From assembly GCA_030141605.1 (NCBI GenBank), contig JAQGDQ010000023.1:1116001-1180000 (forward strand): DNA of 64,000 nt. The letters are read 5' to 3'. The position numbers were made by a program, and so were the translations under genes. The stretch comes from Tubiluchus corallicola (Eukaryota; Animalia; Priapulida). The notes beneath the pieces are model-generated. The model worked only from the letters and a program-made list of their open reading frames with translations. It was not told the origin of the DNA and ran no database searches. Of this stretch, positions 54,324 through 64,000 are shown piece by piece. How positions within the stretch are numbered: position 1 is the stretch's first letter; the number at the start of each line of letters is the position of its first letter.

Positions 54324-55679
54324 TGTGAATGCGACTGTATATCCCTACTACACATTACCACTTGAAATGAATCACCACAAGCCTGTAACCTTTATACTCT
54401 GTAGACCTGTCGTTCTCATTTTCGTACATACCTTGTCACAGTGTATATGTACTTGTGGTTTTCGAATTATATCTTACTGATAAAGGACTTCATGCTCCTA
54501 AAAAGAAAAGGAGAAAACCATCAAGAAATATAACCATAGTTCTTAGTAATGTTATTGTTGAAAAAAGTCACATGTTAAATATTTGGGAATATTTCTTGAT
54601 GAGCACCAAATAAGTGTAATAAAGCATAAATTGAGAAAAACCTTGGGAATCATCTATAAATTACGCAAGTTTGTTAATAGAGAAACATTGATGAAAATCT
54701 ATTACAGTCTAGTCTACCCATATCTAATATATGGCGTCATGTCTTGGGGTGGTATATATAAAAGTAATCTGAAAGCTTTACAAATCACCCAGAACAAAAT
54801 TCTCACACTGATATATCATGTAAGGTATGACCATCCCACAAATATAATTTACTAGTCTGTTAAAACTCTCAAAGTGAAAGAAATATATGACATGTATTGT
54901 CTTCATTTCATGTATCAGTATCATAATTCACTATTTCCACCAGCTTTTCAGTCATACTTTAGTCCAGTTTCAAATCAACATCATCATTACACAAGATATT
55001 CCGTCGGAAACTATGTACTCCCTCTTCCAAAAACAAATATAGTGAAACAGTCATCAAAATATAATGCTATTAAAATATGGTCATCAATTCCGCGTGAAAT
55101 GAAAAATCTTAATCTTTATCAATTTAACAAAGCAACAAAGAATTACTCATTACATTTAATTAACTCACAATTTTACTCGTCCTGATCTTAAGTTACTAAC
55201 AAAACTTATTATGTTCTAATGTACGTTATAACTGATGAAAATACTATGTAATGTTAATTGTCAATTGTTCCACTTATCTGGAGGAGGACTCGAAACTCAA
55301 TGCTCCTTCCTCCTCCTCACAGTAACTCGTTTAGTTTATAATTTTATGCCACTAAAATCGTAAGTAGCCATAAATGACTCTACTTTTAGTGCTAATTATC
55401 ATGTAGTGGTGATATTAATTTCGTATGTGATCTATTGCTAATATTTTGTAAACCAACAATAGTATGTCTTCTCAACTTAGTTTTTCTCAACTTATTTGCT
55501 TACTTGTTAATCACTACTGTTTGTTAATTATTATTATTTTTCGCTAATTTTTGCAGTTACCATTTTCTTCTTCTTTTTTCGATCTTGTACTTTATAAAAT
55601 AAATTTATTTCAGGTTTATCGCACCAAAAATCAAAGCCGTACTGCCGTTTTTGTTAATGTTGGTTTGGGCGCGTCCACA
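54324..55679 (+). repeat. Central/5' LTR of the BEL element, split by a LINE fragment (LTR parts 54324-54477 and 55348-55679)
   Basis: Both parts align to 59948-60502. TGTGAAT...CCACA termini. Confidence 0.9.
54478..55347 (+). mobile_element. 5'-truncated L2/Crack-like LINE 3' fragment inserted in the LTR
   Basis: LGIIYKLRK..KIYYSLVYPYL.YG..SWG..LQITQNKI, then HHHYTR..KYNAIKIWSSIP. 3' UTR stem GGAGGAGG..CCTCCTCC at about 55280-55317. Confidence 0.85.
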
Positions 55680-56339
55680 TCATAAACGATTTTAATGGAG
55701 GATGGCTTCATAGTTAACAAGAAGTGAACTTAATAAGAAGAAAAAGACAGAGTTGAAGTTATTATGCGCGGAATTCGGACTCGCAGAACAAGGGACGAAG
55801 GAGGATCTCATCGCTAAGATGCTCAGAGATGCCGAAATCCAAGAAGGGCCGCAGGACATTGCATGTTCTCCTGCATTCAATCTCATGCCATGCAACTTAT
55901 TTTCAAACGGACAAGATACGAGTGAGCCGCCTAATTTATTACTTGCCCCTCTGCAGACGTTGCCGCCATGTTGTGTACCTGCCGCTGATCAGCTGGATGA
56001 GCACGGCGATAGTAAACCTGTAAGTCAGGTAGATCAGGCATTGCGGCTAAGATCATCAAATTCGGTCACATCGAAAACGCGTTCAAAAGTGAGCGTGGCT
56101 CTCGACAATCTCGCATTGAAACCGCTATTAGACTAAACGACAGAGAAGTAATTTAAAAAGCGTATGCCTTCGAATAAACTAGAACGGGAATTACAAGCCG
56201 TAGAAGACAAAAGAGAGTCTGATAATTTGAAACTCCGGAGAAGCTTATTAATGACGAATAATGACGAGCCTGATGACATAAATGATGATGGTTCGCTCCC
56301 GATCTTATACATTATGGCCAATTTAAGCACAACACGAAT

Positions 56340-56738
56340 CAGAAATTAATGCATTTCAAAGAAGAAACTACAGGAACATTCTAGAAATAAAATGGCCAAA
56401 CAAAATATCTAACCAGGATCAGTACATTAAAGTCAAGGCAGACGAATGGACAATTAAAATCAAAAGGAGAAGGTTAAGATGGCTAGGACATGTTATACGA
56501 CTACCAAATGACAGTCCATTACAGTTAGCTTTCAAAGAAGCACTGCAGAAAGAAAAGAAACTGCAAGGAGAACAGCTGCTGACTTATATCAATTTCATCC
56601 AAAAACATTTTATCAACACACCATTAGATATCAAAAATGCAGAGACATGGAAGGTTTCAGGTGACAGGGCAGCATGGAGTAAAGTGATCAGGAAGGTCAT
56701 GTCAAATGATGTGTGTCTCCAGAGATGATGATGATGAT
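56340..56738 (+). mobile_element. 5'-truncated RTE-like LINE 3' end inserted in the BEL gag/protease region
   Basis: IKRRRLRWLGHVIRLP...DRAAW, ending in a (GAT)n tail at about 56724-56738. Confidence 0.8.
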
Positions 56739-59700
56739 CCCATGATGCCGGATGTTGGAATTGATTTGCTCTCTGGAATGAATTGTCCCAAAGCAATGGA
56801 ACCACTTCAGGTAATTCGTTATCCAAATGAGAGCTGTTTTGCTGTGCTAACGAAACTAGGGTGCACAGTACAGGGCATACTTGGCTCAACCACCAACCAA
56901 TAAAATTTGATGAAAGCAACTTACAACCGAGTATTATGCAAAGATGCCGCCGTTAATCAAGTCTCGGCACGTCAATTTGCTGTACCAGTTGATAACGCCA
57001 ACAATTTTGATACCAATAACAATGGTTATGGTAAATCACAGGAGGATAAGCTCTTCATGGAGAAACTTAGTGCACTAACAGTATTCCAAAATGAAAAATA
57101 CGTTGTACCTCTGCCATTCAGAAGAGAAGATCCTACCATGCCGGAGAATGAACGACTTGGCGAGCAAAGAATGCGACATCTAGCAAGAAATCATAAAAAC
57201 TTTCGTCTCCGAATAGAGTAAACCAAGTTCATGACTTCCATGATAGAAAATGGTTACACCAAAAAAGTTTCAGTCTGGCCAAAACCAGAAGCGGGAAAAT
57301 TATGGTACATACCACATCATCCCATATTCCACAAGCGCAAAGGAAAACTTCAAGTTGTTTTCAACTGTAGTTGTGTATTTCAGGGCACTTAACATGGAGT
57401 TACTACAAGGACCCAACTTAACCAATTCACTTCTGAGTGTTTATTGCAAATTCAGACAAGAACCAGTGGCATTTGGCTGACATTCAGTCCCTGTATTACG
57501 GTGTTGCTATGCCACACGAACAGATATGTCTAAGAACTCTGACGAGCAATTTGAACATGCTTCCGGTTTACGTTGGTACATAGATACTGATACATTGGTT
57601 TTCGCGTCAAACTTAAAGAGACTCCACCAACGCCGTGGCATACTTTCTGCTATATACAGCATGTATGATATTATGGGGTTGATATCTCCAGCGATTCTAG
57701 TTGGCAAGATAATTCTACAGGAACTGACTGGTAACCAAGTTGGATGGGATGAACCAGTTAATAATAGTACGCTGAGAGGAGTGGAGACGAAGCCTGCCAC
57801 TTCTGGAAGAGCTACACATACCAAGATGTTTCCTGACAACTTTACAGAAATTGCCAATGTGCAAATTAATCACTTCTCAGATGCTAAATTGTTAGGATAT
57901 GGCAACTGTTCATATTTGAGACTAACTGGTGATACGAAAAGAATTCACTGCACCATAGTGAGAAGTAAAGCCAGAGTTTCACCGATCAAAACAATTACAG
58001 TTCCATGCCTTGAACTCTGTGCTGCTGTGCTATCTGTTGGTGCAGCATGTTCTCTTGATACGGATTTGGATTACGAAAACGCCAAGCATTTCTTTGGGAC
58101 TCATTCCAAAGTTGTACCTGGATATTTGACAAACTCTTCACGAAGATTCAAGATGTACGTAGCAAATCGAGTCCAGCAGATTTTGGACAAGTCTGAGGCA
58201 AAACAGTGGTACTACATCGATTCCCAGAATAATACCAGTGATGTTGCTTCACATGGTCAGGCAATCAGCCAACTTTTGAAGAATGATGTCTGGTTTAATG
58301 GACCTAGCATTCCTTGGAAACCTAAAGTATTTTGGATGGAGCCCAACAGTGAAAATTATTGTATTTCCGAATCGGACACAGAAGTGAAGCATGCAAGACT
58401 CACATTTGCAAGTTGCAACTGAAAGAATGGACATTATAGATGCCTTGGAGACTCACTGCTCATCCTGGTACAAAATGAAATGGGTGGCTGCTATGGCTAT
58501 GAGAGCCTGTGCTATCTTCACGTTGAAGACAGCAACCAAGAAATCAAGTGAATCAAATTCGCATTTGGAAGAAATCGAGTTAAACGGTGTATTTTCAGTG
58601 CAAACTTTGCAGAAAGCCGAGTCACTAATTCTATTATGGCTTCAGAAGCGTGCTGGTAATGAACTGGCGAAGAACTTTTTACGCTTGAGCCCTTTTGTTG
58701 ATGAAGCCGGACTCATCGGAGCAGGCATTAGAGTCCAAAAATCGCAGTTGTCCTTCCAAGAGAATCTGGTTTTAGTACCTGGCAAGACTGTGGCATCGAG
58801 ATTAATCATCAAATGGTATCATGCCAAAGTAGTACATCATGCTGGCAGAGGAATCTGAACTCATGCATCTGCAAAGTCATAACTGCCTGCGTAGCTTGCC
58901 GTAGATTAAGGCGTGGTGTTGAGGAGCAAAAGATGTCAGACCTACCTAGCAATAGATTTGCACCAGCACCACCATTCACTTATTGTGGTACAGACCTGTT
59001 TGGTCCTTTGTTTGTTCGCAGTGGTCGAAAAACGCTCAAGAGATATGGTGGAATATTTACGTGCCTAAGATGCCGAGCTGCATTTGGAGCTAGTTCGTTA
59101 GACACGGATTCCATTATAATGGCATTACGCAGATTCATAGCCAGACGAGGGCCAATCAGACTATTAAGAAGTGATCGTGGCACTAATTTAGTTGGAACTG
59201 CCAATGAAATACAACGTGGACTACAAGAAATGGACCATACCAAAATTCAAGACTATCTGCTGCAAAATGGAGCTGACTGGAAGATGAATATCCCTGCAGC
59301 TAGCCACCAGCTGTCCCTGGAGGCACGTGAGAACGCCTAATAGGTGCCAGCAGAAGAATGTTGGAATAGCTAATGCTCGAAAATCCCAGCCTATTGAGTC
59401 ATTGAGGACCTTTCTTGTTGAAGTTGAATCCATCATAAACAGCCATCCTATCACCGTAGAGTCTATAAGTGACCATGAGCTTCTGCCATTAACCCCAAGC
59501 AGCATACTGACGACCAAATCAAGAGTTATACTGCCGCCACCTGGTGTATTCCAACGCAAAGACGTCTACTGCAGAAAGCAGTGGAGAAGAGTACAATACC
59601 TTGTGGACCAATTCTGGTCGAGGTGGAGGCGTGAGTACATCCCCACATACTTCAACCACGATCAAAGTGGCACCAGAAGAAGAGATCACTACGTATTGGT

Positions 59701-59947
59701 GATGTTTGTCTGATAGTTGATAACACAGTGCCTAGAAACATGTGGAAACTGGGAAAAGTCATCAAAACGTATACAACCGAAACCGGTGGTGATGTCAGAA
59801 GCGTCAGACTGAAGATCCAAGACAGCGAAATGGAACGATCAATCACCAAGCTGGTTCTCATCACTGAGTGCGAGATTTAGTTGAATCCCCCATCGGGGAG
59901 CCTGGACTCAGTGCAAAATTCTCATTAGACATTTTGGGGGAGCCAGA

Positions 59948-60502
59948 CGTGAATGCGACTGTATATCCCTACTACACATTACCACTTGAAATGAATCACC
60001 ACAAGCCTGTAACCTTTATACTCTGTAGACCTGTCGTTCTCATTTTCGTACATACCTTGTCACAGTGTACATGTAGTTCTGGTTTTCGAATTATATCTTA
60101 CGGACAAATGTGATGTTTAAATAAGGCCACTAAAATCGTAAGTAGCCATAAATGACTCTACTTTTAGTGCTAATTATCATGTAGTGGTGATATTAATTTC
60201 GTATGTGACCTATTGCTAATATTTTGTAAACCAGCAATAGTATGTCTTCCCTTTAATTTTGATTTTAAATGCGTAATACTAAATCTATCTACAGTAGTTT
60301 TTCTCAACTCATTTGCTTACTTGTTAATCACTACTGTTTGTTAATAAAAAAATTATTATCATTTTTCGCTACTTTTTTGCAGTTACTATTTTCTTCTTGC
60401 TTTTCCGATCTTGTACTTTATAAAATAAATTTATTTGGGGTTCATCGCACCAAATCAAAGCCGTACTGCGTTTTGGTTTATATTGGTTTGGGCGCATCCA
60501 CA
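59948..60502 (+). repeat. 3' LTR of the BEL element, about 555 bp
   Basis: Follows the PPT and ends CCACA. AATAAA near 60343 and 60424. Confidence 0.9.
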
Positions 60503-60899
60503 GTATTATTAAAGTACAAATTATATAACTTGTGTATGAGTTTCTCTCAGCTTACAGCATATAGAGGGCATTCGAGCAAATAATGGCTAATACGTTCAAA
60601 ACGATAACCACGAGAACATTTTTTCCCAACAATATTACCACTAGATTTTTTACAACCATGCATGTTTATATGATAATTAAGCTGAGAAAAACCTATTCTT
60701 AAGTGAGTACATACCGTAAAGAATTTTACCGTGAGTTAAATATTTGGGGTCTGTTTGCGAAATCGATATAATTCTTTAAAAAAATTATGTTTAGGCTACT
60801 GATCGAGGTTGGTAATTGTGTATAAGAAGGAAGGTTATTTCAAGCGGACACAGCCAAAGGAAAGAAAGAATTATGAAGACAACGAGTACAAAATAAAGA

Positions 60900-61990
60900 T
60901 AGGTTATTACGATTTCTTAAGAACTGAACAGATAATTCCGTATTAGCGTAGCATAATAAGCAACCACACTTTCGTACGGTTGCTAAGTGTTTTGTAGAGA
61001 CGCGACAAAAAACAGCGTCTAACAGAGTTTTTCTCAAGATTTGCTGCATAGCGTGCACCTCAACTTCAACGTGAATTATCTCAGCTTAGAAATAACATAG
61101 AGCTTGGTATCAAAATGATCTTCACGAAATGGAGGTTCAGCATATGTGAATAGCTAGAAAAGCTTAATTGTCGACCTATGGACGGTTTTGCTATACAAGC
61201 ACACAAATAGTCTTCTATCAGATAGCAGATCAAAGTCATTGTCATATAATAAGTTTGCAGTATTGGAGGCTTTCATCGCTTTGGAGCAAATAAAGGCCGC
61301 AGGTTTTCCCACATTTTCGATAGAATCTGAAAGGCATGCAGGACAGGTATATTACACAGCAGAGTCAGCATATTCAAGAATAGGGCGGATCATAGATTTG
61401 CAAAATTATTTGCTTGTTAATATTATTAAAATTTTAATGCAAATCTAATCCCTACATCTTGTCATTCGCCATTGTTTCTCATCATATCATTACACTTATT
61501 ACCTTACAGGCTTTCCTTCCTTTTATCTTGAAACTTTGTTATTCCATTTTGCCTATTCGGCTCAGACCTTACAAGTTCATCTTCTGATCTGAGCCGATAA
61601 TTGACTGCGCTGAATTAATCAATCGTTTGGCTATATTTCATTTATTATTTTTATGTTATTTTCAAATTGTGAATTTTTGTGTAAGATATTGTTAAATTGT
61701 ACTTGGCTTTTGGAATAAATAAATAATATTATATTATTATTATTATTTATAAAACTGGAAGGGTAACACATAAAAAATTATTTTCAGCATATCGATCCGT
61801 TTATCTGTTGAATACAGTATATGAACATCCCATTTCATCCCAGATTAGAGATATAGACCAAGATGTTTGTGCGAACTAACAGTTGTTAAAACAGTCAGCA
61901 TTGTTGCGATAGCGCAGTGGCTGAGGATGATTCAGCGTTGAAAGTAACTATTGTATCGTTCTACTGGTCAGTCCTATGATCCATGATTAA
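60900..61990 (-). mobile_element. Decayed CR1/L2-group LINE RT C-terminal fragments
   Basis: Minus-strand HKHLGLY (~61860) and IRPILEYADS (~61375). Confidence 0.6.
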
Positions 61991-62559
61991 CAAATCAGAG
62001 TTTAAACGTTTAGCAGTTAAAATGGAGTCTTTGACAATTTGTTGTTTATAGTATCTGGCAGTTGTTTATAGCATCTCAATAGCTTCCTTTTACTAGTAAA
62101 TTCCCCGACACTGCAGAGAATTTCACCGATTGGGATGCCATTTTTTATAACCTCAGTACGATCATTAATGCTATCGAAGTTGTTTTCGAAGATGTTAGCT
62201 GATGCTAACGAAACGTCTCAAATTAAATTTATTTTAATACATATTGAAGCGACTGGCAAGGAGTAATACTTATAGCTTAATCACTTTTAATAGCTTTTAA
62301 TAACTGAGCCTGGTATCGTATTTTCTATTTCATAATACAGGAGAGTCTGGAAGTGACAGTTCCGTAATGAAGCGTAACCAGAACAATAAAAACAAATAAC
62401 GCTGATAACGCTTATAGTATGCTTAATATGGAATAAAATAATGAATGAGATAGGAGGGGGAGAAGAGTAGGAAAATATAGGACAGGAAGTGACGGGATAG
62501 CTAATACATTCAATATAATAAAATTCAAATCGCAGTGTAAAATCTTCGCAGCCTTTTTA

Positions 62560-62830
62560 GCAGTGTTCAAAAAGCGTTATTGATATATTAATAAGTAATA
62601 CTCAAAATGCTTTTGTAAAAGGCCGATATATAGCTGAAAACACAAACTAGTGTACGACCTATTGCCTTAAGCAGAAAAAAGCGACAACCCTGGATTCTAT
62701 TATTAATTGACTTTGAAGAGTCATTTGATACGCAAGAGTGGACATTTTTATACGTGAAGTATTAAAATTTCTAAATCTTGGTGATAATAATTTTGTCAAG
62801 TAGTTAAGATGACGCTGTATAATTGTATAA
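62560..62830 (+). mobile_element. L1/Tx1-like RT fragment
   Basis: LISNTQNAFVKGRYIAEN..LVYDL..LLLIDFEESFDT.EW.F. Confidence 0.7.
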
Positions 62831-64000
62831 AATTATTGTAATTTTTCTCGAAACAGCCTTAAACACCATAGGAATCAGTGGCTCTCTGAATCCTATCCAT
62901 GTAAAATATAGATTCAATTGTGTAAAGTGCTATTAAAATTCTTCTGTAACATTGCTGTGTATAATTATTTTCCTTTTCATTAACTAAATGAATTAGAGTT
63001 CATTTGTTCTGTACGCTTGAGCCACAATACTCCTTTGTAGTAAATGTATCGATTTAATTCGTTTACTTGTTGTTGTTTTTTTATAATGGTGGTTTATACA
63101 TGTATACACAAACATATATACATAAACAACAATCTACAGGTTATGTTTTTTCAACGGATATGTCTGTAGGTCAGTAACGAAAACGTTTGTAAAGCGAATG
63201 CAAAATAATGTAAACTTTCTACTTCAAAAAAGTTAGCATGTTTGTGTCTTGATTTAAAAAATATTATACATCTACATGTATACGTAAAAATTTATACTTG
63301 ATTTTCACATAAAAATAAGTTACGAAATGAGTGAAATAGGCGGTAAAACCTTATAACATTTGTGGTTGCAGTGTTGTGGTAATTAACTGTTTTTAACACG
63401 GTTTCAAAAGAATATTACCCCACTTTAAGTGGCGTAGCTAATAGAGGAGCGAGGGGGTGCAACCTCTCCCCCTGAGCACATTTCTTCATATTGGTGTTTT
63501 TACGACATTTTTTTTAACTCTGCAGTTCACTTCTGCAATTTGTTTGTTGTTTTTTAATCGCATGGCTTTGGAAGAATTTTCTGGAACCGTTACTTTATTT
63601 AAAAAACCTTGCTCCCATGTTTTTGAAATGAGCGCCGAATTCAAGTGACGAGAAACTGACCATCAACAATGTACTCGTATTCATGATCGCCAATGACGTG
63701 TCTTCTGTTTATTCTAACCTGTCCACATTTTTCTGATCTTACCAATAACTAGCGCAGTTGCTGAATGATCCGGCTGAAACAAACATTCCTATCTTCCTTT
63801 TTTGGCGGAGGAAAGATTGTGCTGATTAGCTTTGCTCTCCATTGAAAGAGAGTTGGCTACTGAAGTGGATTATAATAAAGCTATCTTACTTTCCTAGAAT
63901 GAAGCCTGAAAAGAGATTCGTGATACGTTTTCACAATGTTTCTTTTTTGTTTTCATTTTACTTTAAAATAAAAATAAATCAATAAAATAACATGATTTTA

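Larger units (their letters stand above)
54034..60502 (+). mobile_element. BEL/Pao LTR retrotransposon, degenerate, three-LTR tandem arrangement
   Basis: Internal motifs LTKLG, LLQGPNLTNSL, INHFSDAK..KARVSPIK, YVANRV, GTDLFGP..LRSDRGTN, VESIINSHP, QWRRVQ..FWSRW, PPT GGGGGAGCCAGA. LTR copies start at 54034, 54324 and 59948. Confidence 0.92.

Noticed and set aside
63130-63210. Terminal channel exon (VSNENVCKANAK-stop)
   Set aside because: Weak pyrimidine tract and no homology support.

Overview
AT-rich animal (most likely invertebrate) nuclear DNA. It contains one clear host gene, a + strand Shaw/Kv3-subfamily voltage-gated K+ channel. Three coding exons (17234-17767, 31544-31747, 44915-45751) join in phase 0 through canonical GT-AG introns of about 13.8 and 13.2 kb and give 525 codons covering T1, S1-S6 and the proximal C-terminus. 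The distal C-terminus is unresolved. Almost everything else is decayed, often nested, transposable elements: Gypsy and BEL/Pao LTR retrotransposons, solo LTRs, CR1/L2-, RTE- and Tx1/L1-like LINE remnants, a Mutator-like element with a nested TIR element, Academ-like remnants and microsatellites. I found no CRISPR array, rRNA, tRNA or prokaryotic system, and I cannot support a wholly new biological system. The best second-look items are the atypical channel residues, the uORF-packed leader, two strong hairpins inside the channel pre-mRNA, and a three-LTR tandem BEL element. All alignments were done by eye, and boundaries of degenerate elements are approximate.
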